Assembly (NCBI GenBank): GCA_001897475.1
Contig: MKSY01000014.1
Location: 25,523-89,522 of the forward strand
Source: Alphaproteobacteria bacterium 43-37
GTDB lineage: Bacteria > Pseudomonadota > Alphaproteobacteria > 43-37
Length of the DNA: 64,000 bases
Reading direction: 5' to 3'
How positions within the stretch are numbered: the stretch's first letter is position 1; each line of letters opens with the position of its first letter. A program made the translations under genes and the position numbers. Shown piece after piece: positions 37,284 to 47,583 of this stretch. Below the pieces are notes generated by a model. The model saw nothing but the letters and a program-made list of their open reading frames with translations. It searched no databases and was not told the DNA's origin.

Positions 37284-38586
37284 TGGACACACACAAGCTG
37301 TCATCGAGTTACTGAACGCTGTTGAACTTCAAAACCACCTACCTGCCGATGTGCAGCTTAGACATTATTTCAGCCATAGACGCTATATCGGGTCAAAGGA
37401 TAAAAAGGCCATAGCTAATATGTATTACGCTATTATTCGTAATATTGGCCTATATGATTGGCTTCTATCGAGATTTAAGACCTTTGAGAACATACATCGG
37501 GCACGTGGCTTTGTGCTGCTACATCTACTGAGCCTTGGTAGCACTTCTTCTTCCATTCAAGAATTGTTTTCAGAAAAACAATATGCTCCAACTCTACTAA
37601 CTAACGCTGAGCTTAGCTTCATTAAAACTGACTATCATGCCAACTTAAATAACTGCCCAAAATCCATCCGATGTGGGCTACGCGATGCAATCTACTTATT
37701 ACTTACTCAAGAGTATGGATCTCAAGCAGACGCGCTTATCCAAAGCTTAAATCAGGAAGCATCTTTTGATTTTAGGGTTAATCCATTAAAAATGACACGA
37801 AAAGCAGCGCTCACTAAACTCAAAGAGCAAGGTATTACAGCAGAAATTATGCCGTATTCGCCATTTGGCTTGAGGATGGAAGGCCGAGTGAGCCGGGAAG
37901 TTTTGGAAAAAATTGGGCCAGGCATGATCGAAGTTCAAGATGAGGCCTCTCAGTTGGCAGCATGCTTGAGCTTAGCAAGACCAGGGCAACGTATTCTTGA
38001 TCTTTGCGCTGGCGCCGGTGGAAAAACGCTTCTAATGGCCGCTAACATGCGTAATAAGGGGCAAATCATAGCTTGTGATGTCTCTGCTTCGCGGCTCAAA
38101 AACGCATCTGCCAGATTAAAGAGAGCCGGTATTTTCAACACGACCACACGCGTTATTAGCAATCATAAGGACCGATGGCTGCAAAGACAGAATGAGGCTT
38201 TTGATTGTGTTTTTGTTGATGCACCTTGCAGTGGCTCTGGAACATGGCGAAGAAACCCTGACCTTAAATGGAAAACAACACTTGAAGGAGTGCAGCAAAC
38301 CGTCAGCTTGCAACGAAGCATCTTACAACGTGCGGCCCAAACCGTAAGGCCCGGAGGTCGTTTGATCTATGCAACATGTTCGCTCTTTAATATGGAAAAT
38401 GAAGCTCAGGTTGATTGGTTTTTAGAGCAAAACAAAGATTTTACCCTCCTGCCCATATCCAAAGTTTGGGAAGACTCTTTTGGTGAATCTTACCCGTTTG
38501 AGAATGAATCCTACTTTAAAGTAAATCCCCATCAAAACAAGATGGATGGCTTTTTTGTCGCAGCCTTGCAAAAACACGAAAAATAG
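37273..38586 (+). CDS. rsmB: 16S rRNA (cytosine-C5)-methyltransferase RsmB/Sun family
   Basis: SAM-binding DLCAGAGGKT, catalytic DAPCSGSG and TCS motifs. Start set at the internal Met; the ORF overlaps the rlmE end. Confidence 0.7.
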   Translation: MHPSGHTQAVIELLNAVELQNHLPADVQLRHYFSHRRYIGSKDKKAIANMYYAIIRNIGLYDWLLSRFKTFENIHRARGFVLLHLLSLGSTSSSIQELFSEKQYAPTLLTNAELSFIKTDYHANLNNCPKSIRCGLRDAIYLLLTQEYGSQADALIQSLNQEASFDFRVNPLKMTRKAALTKLKEQGITAEIMPYSPFGLRMEGRVSREVLEKIGPGMIEVQDEASQLAACLSLARPGQRILDLCAGAGGKTLLMAANMRNKGQIIACDVSASRLKNASARLKRAGIFNTTTRVISNHKDRWLQRQNEAFDCVFVDAPCSGSGTWRRNPDLKWKTTLEGVQQTVSLQRSILQRAAQTVRPGGRLIYATCSLFNMENEAQVDWFLEQNKDFTLLPISKVWEDSFGESYPFENESYFKVNPHQNKMDGFFVAALQKHEK

Positions 38587-38912
38587 CGTTGGCACCTTAA
38601 CTAAACATATTATGTAATGCCTTTAAGAGGCGACGAAAGCATAGATCAAATGATCAGTTTTGAGAAAAATTTGGGCAAAATGGACCGGCTTGCCCTCAAA
38701 GGTAAAATTTTATATTAAATTTAACATTTGTTTGCTTTTTGGCAGCTATAGTTAACGTTTATCCAAATTTAAGAAACAACTAGAATTGTTGCTTTATTGC
38801 AACACGGCAATCAAAAAAAACCATGGAAAAATGATTTTTATTGTTTGATTAACGATGTAACGACATCCTAAAGCCATGGAAAATTATCAACAGATTAAGG
38901 GATGAACATCAA

Positions 38913-40250
38913 ATGAAGAAAGTTCTACTCGGGGGAACAGCAGCATTCGGATTGCTTTTAGCATCACATGCAATGTCCCAAGATGCCGCGCCCAAGTCAA
39001 CAGCTGCAAAGCTGACGATCAGCGGTTCAACATCATTTCACGTTTCAGCATTTAGCCAAGACGCACACACAGCAGGCGGCAGTGCTCAGGGTTTTGCCAA
39101 TAGCGTAGACCCAGTCGGTAAAGGTCAAGGTTACAACTTCTCACAAGACGATTCAAACCTTGACTTCACATTCTCCGGCAGCACAGATTCTGGCATTGAT
39201 TACCTCGGCCGTATTAACTTCACAGGCCAATCAGGTTCAAGCACAGTTGCTAACAACTACTCAGTTCGCAGCCGCGTTCGTCAGAACTACGTTCAGTTGT
39301 CCGCTTGGGGCGCAACCATTCAAGGTGGTGCTCTTTGGGGTGTTGAAACAACCACTATCTCTGACGGCAGCGCCGTTATGCGTGGCGACGGTGGTTTCGG
39401 CAGTAACTGGTCAAGCCGTTTTAACGAGCCATTCAATACCAGCGGCTCAACTGGTAACATGCTTTATGGCGCCTATCTTGCTGGAACCAGCAACACGGGT
39501 AACAAAATTAACTTGATCACCCCAACTGTATTTGGCTTCCACTTGTCCGCAAGCTTAACACCAAACACATCACACACCGGTGACATGTATCACAATAACA
39601 ACTCTAACACTCAAGGCAAGCAAGCTAACTTTAATGCCGGAACAGACACTGGCATATCTGGCAGCTGGGCAACTCCTTACTTCGATGTTGGACACCAAGC
39701 TTATGCGATCTCTTACAACGACCACTTCGGTCAGTTTAACGTCGCATTGTCTGCGGCAACCGTTTTGTCAAACGACACACGGACCAGCACACCAACGGCA
39801 TCGACTGACTTGGCTAGCACCTACAACAAAACCAAAGGCTACTACGTTGGCGGTTTGTTCAGCGCTTATGGTTTTGACTTAGGCTTAGGCTTCTATGACA
39901 ACAAGAACACTGGTGTTACCATTGCTGATAGCAACAATGGCCGCAATGGTGGTAAAGTCTGGAACGTCGGCCTCGGTTGGTCCATGGACCAATGGGCACT
40001 TGCTGTTGGCTACTTGAACGGTAAGCGCAACAACGGTAAAAAGAACGACTTCCTTGATGTTAACACACAATCCAAAGCTGACATCTACTCTCTCACAGCA
40101 GATATGAAGTTGGCTGACGGTTTGACCGTTTATGGTGATTTGAACTACGCTAAAATGACAGATGGTTCAGTTAGAGATGCCGCAAATGGAACAGCAAAAG
40201 CTACCAATAAAGGTACAGTCTTCTTGCTCGGTACACGCGTAAACTTCTAA
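38913..40250 (+). CDS. Outer-membrane porin (Rhizobiales Porin_2/RopA-Omp2-like beta-barrel)
   Basis: 445 aa. Signal peptide MKKVLLGGTAAFGLLLASHAMSQ, Gly/Ser/Thr/Asn-rich alternating beta-strand pattern, C-terminal ...TRVNF. Long AT-rich leader and a strong terminator suggest high expression. Confidence 0.6.
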   Translation: MKKVLLGGTAAFGLLLASHAMSQDAAPKSTAAKLTISGSTSFHVSAFSQDAHTAGGSAQGFANSVDPVGKGQGYNFSQDDSNLDFTFSGSTDSGIDYLGRINFTGQSGSSTVANNYSVRSRVRQNYVQLSAWGATIQGGALWGVETTTISDGSAVMRGDGGFGSNWSSRFNEPFNTSGSTGNMLYGAYLAGTSNTGNKINLITPTVFGFHLSASLTPNTSHTGDMYHNNNSNTQGKQANFNAGTDTGISGSWATPYFDVGHQAYAISYNDHFGQFNVALSAATVLSNDTRTSTPTASTDLASTYNKTKGYYVGGLFSAYGFDLGLGFYDNKNTGVTIADSNNGRNGGKVWNVGLGWSMDQWALAVGYLNGKRNNGKKNDFLDVNTQSKADIYSLTADMKLADGLTVYGDLNYAKMTDGSVRDAANGTAKATNKGTVFLLGTRVNF

Positions 40251-40264
40251 TTATCGCCTGTTAC

Positions 40265-40298
40265 AAAAAAAGGGGGAGCTTCGGCTCCCTTTTTTTTA
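40265..40298 (+). terminator. Rho-independent terminator of the porin gene (bidirectional A-run/T-run)
   Basis: aaaaaaagggggagc-ttcg-gctcccttttttttt: a GC stem with a tetraloop and a 9-T tract. Confidence 0.8.
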
Positions 40299-40329
40299 TA
40301 ATGAAAAACTCAACCTACGGCAAGGATCT

Positions 40330-40745
40330 ACAGGATCCAGAACTTATATGGCCCCCCGCTTTCGCGAGGGTGACAGCCCCCTCATTGTCTTGCCCGCACA
40401 CCTCCCTTTGTCTTTCCGCAACCCCTCTCTTTGTCTTGCCCGCACACCATTTTTTGTCTTCCCGGACGCAGATCCGGGATCCAGGCATTTATATGGCCCC
40501 CCGCTTTCGCGAGGGTGACAAGTGAGAGTACGGGGATGACAGGGAAGAAGTGCGAGGGTGTCAGGGAAAAGAGCGAGGGTGACAAGTGAGAGTGCGAGGG
40601 TGTCAGGGAAAAGAGCGAGGGTGTCAGGGAAAAGAGCGAGGGTAACAAGTGAGAGCGCGAGGGCGACAGGAAAAAGAGCGTGGCAGTGGAAAAGTGTGAG
40701 TGTGGCTGGCAGTGGAAAAGTGCGAGGAGGACAGGCTGGCTCCCG
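40330..40745 (+). repeat. Dispersed composite intergenic repeat, copy C: two headers plus ~22-bp units x4 and a ~10-unit array of 21-bp tandem repeats
   Basis: Header ggatccagaacttatatggccccccgctttcgcgagggtgaca at 40332, then 4 cctttgtcttKcccgcaca units. A second header at 40473. At 40511-40745 a tandem array alternates gagggtgtcagggaaaagagc and gagggtgacaagtgagagtgc. Confidence 0.8.
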
Positions 40746-40810
40746 TAATGGCGGCGCGTACAGGCCCTCGGCCTTAATGCCGAGAAAGATGCATGAACAA
40801 AGTAAGGGCC

Positions 40811-42091
40811 TTAACTGCCCACGGTATTTGCTTCAACGTTTGCCCCAAAAATTTGGATGTTCCGAGTCCGCTTCATTTCCCTCATGAGCCTTTGGGCCAT
40901 TTGAGACATCTTCTGGTCGATCAATGACTCCTTAGCCTGCTCACGCGTCGGAACTTGCGGTTTAAGCTCATTGATTTTACAAACTGCCATCGATAGCATA
41001 ACACGCCCTGCATTAATAGCAGGAGTTAGCTGTTCAGCAGGCATTTGCTTTAAGATATCTAAAAGCTTTGGGTTAAGACGATTTGGATGAACATGCTCAT
41101 TCAATGTAACTTGAATTCTTTGCGCATACTGCTCTTTGACTTTCTTTTCTCTCATCGAACAGGACATTTTTTCTTGGCGGATTTTATGAATCAGCTCAGC
41201 GGCAGCACGCGCTTCATTTTCAGAAGAAAATGGAATTGCCAATTGCAAAAGGCTGTATTCTACAGTATCACTAGGGTGCCTAAAGAAAACATAGTATCCA
41301 CCCTGGCCACGAACGGGCTGTGAAAGCTGCCCTTCCTTCAATCCTAAAATTGCACTTTCCAAAACCGGCTCAAATACTCCTTTAATTATCTGCCCGATGA
41401 GGCCACCTTGGGCTGCACTAGCAGATTTTGACAAATGCCTCGCCAATTCAGGGAATCGAGCACCTTGCTTGAGCCTTTCTAAAGCTGTCGTTGCCTCTTT
41501 AAGAGCCAAAGCATCTTGTGAGGGCGATTCAACAGGGAAAAACATTTCTGAAATCGTATGAATCCCCACTAAAGCTTGAGCTTCTGCATTTTTAATAAGA
41601 GCATCAACCTCAACATTGGAAACTAGGTTTTCACGGCTTCTTACAGATTGCGATACCAACTCACCCCATACCATTGACGCATGCACTTGATCCAACACAA
41701 TGTATTCTGGAACATTGAGCTTAGCCGCAATCTTAAGCAGATCACCAGCCGCCATACCTTCCCGCTGTTCAATACTGGCCAACCCTCGCATGATATCCGC
41801 CTTTGTGGGCTGAATGCCGCGCTCTTTTGCCTCAATAATTTGCAGGCGCTCTTCAATCATCTTTTTTAGGACTTTTTCACGCAATTGAGTTCGCGCTTCA
41901 GAAGTATCTGGCATACCAGATGTGTGAATCACATATGTAAGCCTTAGATTTAAATCCACCTCAGTAATGGGTGTGTCATCTACACTTGCGGCCACAGTAA
42001 GATCTGCAGCTTGAAGCGTGTATGAACTTAAGCAAAAGACAACGCATACGATAAAATAAAAACATTTTGCGGGAAAGGATTTCACGTTCAC
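40811..42091 (-). CDS. surA: Periplasmic chaperone / peptidyl-prolyl isomerase SurA-like
   Basis: 426 aa. Signal peptide, SurA_N-like helical region, one parvulin-like segment. The neighbouring lptFGD genes support the call by context. Confidence 0.5.
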   Translation of the reverse strand: MNVKSFPAKCFYFIVCVVFCLSSYTLQAADLTVAASVDDTPITEVDLNLRLTYVIHTSGMPDTSEARTQLREKVLKKMIEERLQIIEAKERGIQPTKADIMRGLASIEQREGMAAGDLLKIAAKLNVPEYIVLDQVHASMVWGELVSQSVRSRENLVSNVEVDALIKNAEAQALVGIHTISEMFFPVESPSQDALALKEATTALERLKQGARFPELARHLSKSASAAQGGLIGQIIKGVFEPVLESAILGLKEGQLSQPVRGQGGYYVFFRHPSDTVEYSLLQLAIPFSSENEARAAAELIHKIRQEKMSCSMREKKVKEQYAQRIQVTLNEHVHPNRLNPKLLDILKQMPAEQLTPAINAGRVMLSMAVCKINELKPQVPTREQAKESLIDQKMSQMAQRLMREMKRTRNIQIFGANVEANTVGS

Positions 42092-42249
42092 GACTAGCCC
42101 CTAAAACATATTTGTCACTGGCAATTTATGTTATTTCTGGCATCTTTCAAAGTCATTTTTTTAAATTTAACCATACGCAACAATTTGTTTTTTGCAGAAT
42201 GCTAAAATTTGTTATGGTGCTTTGAATAATCAGTTGCAGGCCAGCATTT

Positions 42250-43344
42250 ATGAACACACTAAACAGGTACATTTTTAAACAGCTTGTCTTAAGCACAATC
42301 ACTATTACCATAGTGTTAACGCTGATCATATGGCTTACACAATCACTCAAATCCATTGATGTGGTGATTAATCATGGCGCATCATTAGGTGATTTGATCA
42401 TGCTTGTGTCACTACTTTTACCTGACATTCTTATGATTCTCCTCCCAATAAGTTTATTTTTGGCCAGCCTCATTGTCTTAAATAGACTTATTACTGATCA
42501 TGAAATTTTGGTTATGAACACCGTAGGCCTCAGCCCGTTTCAAATTTCACGCCCTTTTATCCTAATGGCCTCTCTTGTAAGCGCGACCTTATTCAGCATT
42601 AGCCTTTATTTTTTACCCATCTCATTTCATCAATTTAAAAACTTACAGTTCTCATTTAACAACCAATACAAAGCGGCTCTGATACAAGAAGGTGAGTTTA
42701 TTAATTTCAGCAAAGTCACCCTATACGTTCAAGATAAAGATCTAGATGGTGAAGTTAGGGGTGTCTTTATTTTTGACAACCGAAACCCTGATTTTCCAGT
42801 GACATTCACCGCTGCTTCTGGTCAAATCATGGAAGGAGAGCACGGCCCAAGGATTTTATTATTTGATGGAACCCGACAAGCCAAGGATCAGCGCACAACA
42901 GGTATGACCTTTTTAACATTTCAAGAGTATATTCATGAGTTCAAACAACCCGAAAAAATGACACATGATCGAATCAAAAAACCTTCGGAGTGTTTCATTT
43001 GGGAGTTGTTTAACCCAGACCTTGCTCCAGATCAAATCGAAATGATTCACCGCATGCGCGTGGAAGGCCACCAAAGGATTATCACACCGCTGCTCCCCAT
43101 TATTTTTATACTCATAGGCCTAACCTTTATTTTGCACACACCTCATACACGAGTGCATAGGTTTATTCCTTTTGCATGGGCAAGCGTAACTGTTTCCATA
43201 GTACAAGTTTCCATCATCGGCTCTTTGCAGTACGCTGGAAGCCAAAGAATCTTCATAATTATCGCCTACATTTTGCTACTTTTGCCTGTGGGCTTGAGTG
43301 CCTATATTTTTAAGCTTTTTGAAGGTAGACCCTCAATCAAATGA
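42250..43344 (+). CDS. lptF: LPS export ABC permease LptF (YjgP/YjgQ family)
   Basis: 364 aa. 6 TM with a large periplasmic loop. First of two tandem YjgP/YjgQ genes upstream of lptD. Confidence 0.7.
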   Translation: MNTLNRYIFKQLVLSTITITIVLTLIIWLTQSLKSIDVVINHGASLGDLIMLVSLLLPDILMILLPISLFLASLIVLNRLITDHEILVMNTVGLSPFQISRPFILMASLVSATLFSISLYFLPISFHQFKNLQFSFNNQYKAALIQEGEFINFSKVTLYVQDKDLDGEVRGVFIFDNRNPDFPVTFTAASGQIMEGEHGPRILLFDGTRQAKDQRTTGMTFLTFQEYIHEFKQPEKMTHDRIKKPSECFIWELFNPDLAPDQIEMIHRMRVEGHQRIITPLLPIIFILIGLTFILHTPHTRVHRFIPFAWASVTVSIVQVSIIGSLQYAGSQRIFIIIAYILLLLPVGLSAYIFKLFEGRPSIK

Positions 43345-44432
43345 CACCCAACACACCACTCACTCTCAATGGTTATTTGATCAAGCTATTTGCTAAATGG
43401 CTTGGAATTACAACCATTAGCATCAGCAGCATCATTTTTATCTTTGACCTGATTGAAACACTAAGACGTAGTGCAGGGAAAGGAATTAGCTTTAGCACAA
43501 GCCTACACATGGTTTTCTTAAAACTTCCTAGCACATTCTTGGACCTAACTCCTTTTGTTATTTTAATTACCACTTGGATTGTCTTTTTTAGACTTATGCG
43601 AGCCCAAGAACTTATCGTTATGCGAATGTCGGGCCTTTCTGTCTGGCAAGTTTTGTCTCCCATTCTCATTTTTGTATTTGTTTTAAAAATCTTAGATCTG
43701 TTTCTACTCAACCCTCTTGCCGCAGGCTTGTATGCTAACTTTGAACGAATTGAAAGCCGCAAAATTTATCAACGCGCTGATCAAATTACCCTCAGTACCA
43801 ATGGCCTGTGGGTTCGCCAAGCGGATCATCATGGCCAGTTTATTCTCCATGCCAGAGACATTGATAACCGCATTTTGAATGAGATCACTATTTTTGAATT
43901 TGATGAGAAAGGCCGCTTTACACGACGATTTGATGCGAAGACAGGTTCTTTTGCCATCGGGAAGCTTGAACTTAAAGGAGTTATGTCTTCTCGGCCCAAT
44001 ACACGAGAAGAACACTATGATAGTTACATGTTTCTGTCCGATCTGACATATGAACAAATCCAAGAAAAAAGCGCTCACCCAAAAACCATTTCTTTTTGGA
44101 CTCTTCCAGAATTCATTAAATTTTTAGACAAATTAAAACTTTCAACGTACAAATACAGGCTGCATTGGCATTCTTTGATCGCAAACATATTTTTAGTTTT
44201 AGCAATGGTTATCCTAGCTGCTGGAGGAATTTTCTTTCAACTGGGGCGTCAAACAGTCATGCGGCACCTCGTTATCACCATCGGACTAGGCTTTAGCATT
44301 TTTTTCATAAGTGATGTATCTTATTCGTTGGGTAGAGCAGCAACTGTTCCTATTCTCTTAGCTGCATGGGCTCCTGTTCTAATAAGCATCCTTGTCGGCG
44401 GCACAATGATTTTGTACGCTGATGAAGTTTAA
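43341..44432 (+). CDS. lptG: LPS export ABC permease LptG (YjgP/YjgQ family)
   Basis: 363 aa. Same architecture as lptF, with a 4-nt overlap. Confidence 0.7.
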   Translation: MTPNTPLTLNGYLIKLFAKWLGITTISISSIIFIFDLIETLRRSAGKGISFSTSLHMVFLKLPSTFLDLTPFVILITTWIVFFRLMRAQELIVMRMSGLSVWQVLSPILIFVFVLKILDLFLLNPLAAGLYANFERIESRKIYQRADQITLSTNGLWVRQADHHGQFILHARDIDNRILNEITIFEFDEKGRFTRRFDAKTGSFAIGKLELKGVMSSRPNTREEHYDSYMFLSDLTYEQIQEKSAHPKTISFWTLPEFIKFLDKLKLSTYKYRLHWHSLIANIFLVLAMVILAAGGIFFQLGRQTVMRHLVITIGLGFSIFFISDVSYSLGRAATVPILLAAWAPVLISILVGGTMILYADEV

Positions 44433-44453
44433 GGGCTTATAAAAGTTATATTT

Positions 44454-46703
44454 ATGGAAAATTCTTTGTCGTTTGGGTTCAAAAAATTGTACGCAATACT
44501 CATTTTGATCATGGGGCTAGTTCTCTGGCAGGAAACCCAAGCAAAGCCTCTTCTTGAAATGGCAAAGCATGAGAAGGTCATCATTGAAGCAGATAGCATC
44601 ATGATAGATCGTGAAGCAGAAATGCTTACAGCATTAGGCAATGTTTCCATTGCTCAAGGCACGCAGTTCGTTCAAGCGGATCGTATTGACTACCACAAGA
44701 AAATCGGCGAAGTGGTTGCCACCGGCAATGTGTATATGCTGGATACTAATGGGCATACGCTAAAGGGCGAAAAAGTCGTTCTCAAAAGCGAACTAAAGGA
44801 AGGATTCATCCATAAAGTTGGATTGTTAATGAGCGATAACTCTCGTCTCATAGCAGAAGATGGTGAACGCCTCCCCTTTGAAAACACCCAACTCACCAAT
44901 GTTAGCTATACACCTTGTAACATTTGCCGCAAAAATCCTACAAAGCCACCACTTTGGTCTGTATCAGCCAAACGAGTGACCCAGAATGGCGCTAAGCAAT
45001 ATATTACCTATAAACACGCGGTGCTCAAATTTAGGAATTTACCAATTCTTTACACCCCTTTTCTCCGGCATCCAGACCCCAGCATCAAAAGGCAAAGCGG
45101 ATTCCTAACGCCAGCAACTTCTCTTTCTAAAAATTTTGGCTTTTATCTATCCACTCCTTATTTTTGGAATTTAGGCCCAAGTCACGATATGACATTAACG
45201 CCTCATATCATGACATGTTATGGCCCTATTCTGGGTGTTGAATACCGTCGCCATTTTGGCAATGGGGATATGATTTTGAATAACAGTATTGGAAATGTTA
45301 AAAGAGCGACAGATCCACAGGCATCTCCTCAACCGAAAGACCGCATTCTTCGCTGGCATATCGACGGCAAAGCACGGTTTGACGCCACTCAGCACTGGCG
45401 TTGGGGTGTGGACATCCAAAGAGCAAGTGATTCAACTTATCTTAAGAATTTTCGATTCTTCAAACTTGAGAATAAAAACAGCCTTAACTCTAAGCTATTT
45501 GCTGAAAGCTTTCATTCCAGAAATTATTCCAATATTTCCACAAGTTGGTTTCAGGGCTTAAGTGACCAATATCAAAAGGATTATATTCCACTTGCACTTC
45601 CCGAAATTGACCTAAATCTTATGGGTGATCCAAAAGCTTTGCTCAATGGACACTGGTTTTGGGATACAAATAGCCTCGCCCTCCATCGACGCGCAGGTAC
45701 ACAAACCCAACGGCTTATTTCTAGGCTTGGATGGCAGCAACAAAACATATCACCTCTTGGGGACGTGTATACCCTCACTTTAGCCATGCGCAGTGATCTA
45801 TATCATATCCGAAAATTTAACCCAAATGATCCAACTTATATACCATCATCTGGCCCCTCACAGAATCAATCAAGTCCAGAACTTCCCAGCATCGTTAATA
45901 ATACTTTTGTCGGGAGAGCTTTACCTCAAGCCGCGATAGATTGGCGATATCCTTGGTACCAAATGTTTCAAAAAAGCAATACGATTACTCTTCAACCCAT
46001 CCTTGGCTTTGTGGCAGCACCACTCATAAGATCAAAACCACAAATTCCCAATGAAGATAGCCGTCTATTTGATTTGGATGATAGCAACTTATATAGCCAA
46101 AACCGCTTTGCCGGCTATGACCTGCTAGACAGTGGCTCTCGCTTTAATTACGGTGGCGAGGCCGCATGGCAGAATCTTAAAGGTGGGAATGGTCAAATCT
46201 TTCTAGGCCAATCCTATACCCTTAAACCCCAAGCCTTTTTACCTGACCATACGGGTCTCAAACAAAACCACTCAGACTATGTCGGAAGGGTCTATTTAAA
46301 CCCGACACCAATCCTTGATTTAAAATATAAATTTAGAGCCAACAAAGAAACATTACGACTCATGAGAAGCGATATGGGCGCCTCAGTAGGGCCAGAGATG
46401 ATCAAACTAAGAGCTGATTACTTTTATTTCGTTAAAAATATTGGAACGGGCGATCTGAATGATCGAGAACAAATCCGCTTAGAGATAGCCGCTCGCCCAT
46501 TCGAACAGTGGTCCTTCAAAGTACACACGGCTCGTGACCTAACCGGTAATGGCAAGTCTCTAGAACATGCCGCTCATATTGAATATAAAAACGAGTGCAT
46601 AACAATCTCAAGCGGCATATACAGCTCATTTTATTACGATCAAGAAGTTAAAGCTGATAAAGGCATTATCTTCCGAATCGCATTGAAAAACTTAGGGGTA
46701 TAA
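44454..46703 (+). CDS. lptD: LPS-assembly outer-membrane protein LptD (OstA)
   Basis: 749 aa. Signal peptide, N-terminal OstA/LptA-like jellyroll (VIIEADSIMIDREAEMLTALGNVSIAQG), large C-terminal beta-barrel. Confidence 0.75.
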   Translation: MENSLSFGFKKLYAILILIMGLVLWQETQAKPLLEMAKHEKVIIEADSIMIDREAEMLTALGNVSIAQGTQFVQADRIDYHKKIGEVVATGNVYMLDTNGHTLKGEKVVLKSELKEGFIHKVGLLMSDNSRLIAEDGERLPFENTQLTNVSYTPCNICRKNPTKPPLWSVSAKRVTQNGAKQYITYKHAVLKFRNLPILYTPFLRHPDPSIKRQSGFLTPATSLSKNFGFYLSTPYFWNLGPSHDMTLTPHIMTCYGPILGVEYRRHFGNGDMILNNSIGNVKRATDPQASPQPKDRILRWHIDGKARFDATQHWRWGVDIQRASDSTYLKNFRFFKLENKNSLNSKLFAESFHSRNYSNISTSWFQGLSDQYQKDYIPLALPEIDLNLMGDPKALLNGHWFWDTNSLALHRRAGTQTQRLISRLGWQQQNISPLGDVYTLTLAMRSDLYHIRKFNPNDPTYIPSSGPSQNQSSPELPSIVNNTFVGRALPQAAIDWRYPWYQMFQKSNTITLQPILGFVAAPLIRSKPQIPNEDSRLFDLDDSNLYSQNRFAGYDLLDSGSRFNYGGEAAWQNLKGGNGQIFLGQSYTLKPQAFLPDHTGLKQNHSDYVGRVYLNPTPILDLKYKFRANKETLRLMRSDMGASVGPEMIKLRADYFYFVKNIGTGDLNDREQIRLEIAARPFEQWSFKVHTARDLTGNGKSLEHAAHIEYKNECITISSGIYSSFYYDQEVKADKGIIFRIALKNLGV

Positions 46704-46718
46704 GTCAAAAGAGCATGG

Positions 46719-46964
46719 TTACTGGGAATGGTTTTGTTTTCTAAGTGCCCGGATAACTTGACGAGGAAACTTCATTTGCCCCTCGGAGGAACCCTTCTTT
46801 CTTGGAGTATGTTTGACACCATCAAGCATCTTGAGTAATTCTTGACGACAATATCTTAATTTGAGCAGCTCTTTAGCATCGTCACGATCTTGAACATGCA
46901 TATAGCCCATTTTAATTTCGATGAGATCCAATAAAATCTCAATTGACTGTGGCGAGAGTGACAT
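46719..46964 (-). CDS. Small hypothetical protein (81 aa), basic C-terminus
   Basis: ORF only. It is convergent with lptD. I recognise no motif. Confidence 0.25.
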   Translation of the reverse strand: MSLSPQSIEILLDLIEIKMGYMHVQDRDDAKELLKLRYCRQELLKMLDGVKHTPRKKGSSEGQMKFPRQVIRALRKQNHSQ

Positions 46965-47105
46965 TATTTTCTACCTTTTTATGTTCTGCTTCACACTCAG
47001 AATAGCCTTTGGAATTTAAAAAAATGTAAAGTGATTATTGATTATCCGTTTACAAAACAATTATTTCATAAAAAGATTCACCCAAAGATTAGATTGGAAT
47101 ATCAG

Positions 47106-47579
47106 ATGCTAACAACACCAGAAGTCGTTGAAGAACTTAGAAAAATCAAGGTCGGGCGCCTATTATGCATAGACTGGGGATCTAAGAATATTGGCATAGC
47201 TATGAGTGACGAGACTCAGTTAATTGCTAGCCCTCACTCAATATTAATTCATAAAAATAAACAGTCGACTCTCCAGGCCATCCAGAAAGATATTCTTCAA
47301 TGGAATATTCAAGCCGTCATCATTGGCTTGCCCCTTCATATGGACGGACGTTTTGGTGATGCGGCAATAACAGTCACCAAATTTAAAGACGATTTGGAGA
47401 AAACCATTGCTCCAATACCGATATTTCTCTTCGATGAGCGCTGGACTTCAAAAGCTATCGAGTCAGAGCTTATCAAGGCAGACGTCTCTCGCTCAAAAAG
47501 AAAGGCGGTTGTTGACAAGTTAGCCGCATGTTACCTTCTTCAGGGGATCTTGGAGGCATTGCGAACCAATAAGGGGTAA
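47106..47579 (+). CDS. ruvX: Holliday-junction resolvase-like RuvX/YqgF (pre-16S rRNA nuclease)
   Basis: LLCIDWGSKNIGIAMSD (RNase H-like fold with catalytic Asp) and GLPLHMDG motif. Start set at the internal ATG 47106. Confidence 0.8.
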   Translation: MLTTPEVVEELRKIKVGRLLCIDWGSKNIGIAMSDETQLIASPHSILIHKNKQSTLQAIQKDILQWNIQAVIIGLPLHMDGRFGDAAITVTKFKDDLEKTIAPIPIFLFDERWTSKAIESELIKADVSRSKRKAVVDKLAACYLLQGILEALRTNKG

Positions 47580-47583
47580 CACG

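Noticed and set aside
39160-39882. ORFs 39160..39516 (+) and 39580..39882 (+), and 39885..40070 (-)
   Set aside because: These are alternative frames within the porin gene. They have Thr/Ala-rich low-complexity translations and no start context.
40511-40745. Possible CRISPR array (regularly spaced short repeats)
   Set aside because: The units are 21 bp, contiguous, with no unique spacers between them. They alternate two closely related sequences and belong to the dispersed header-plus-unit family seen at four other loci. No cas genes are nearby. This is a tandem mini-satellite, not CRISPR.
40382-40887. ORFs 40382..40648 (-), 40558..40887 (+) and 40301..40525 (+)
   Set aside because: These are translations of the 21-bp tandem array and header (SLFSLTPSLFSLTPS..., GKRARVTSESARVSGKRARV...). 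The periodic low-complexity peptides come from repeat DNA. They have no RBS context and are mirrored on both strands.
43373-44078. ORFs 43373..43762 (-) and 43704..44078 (-)
   Set aside because: They are antisense to lptG, which has the expected YjgP/YjgQ architecture and operon context.
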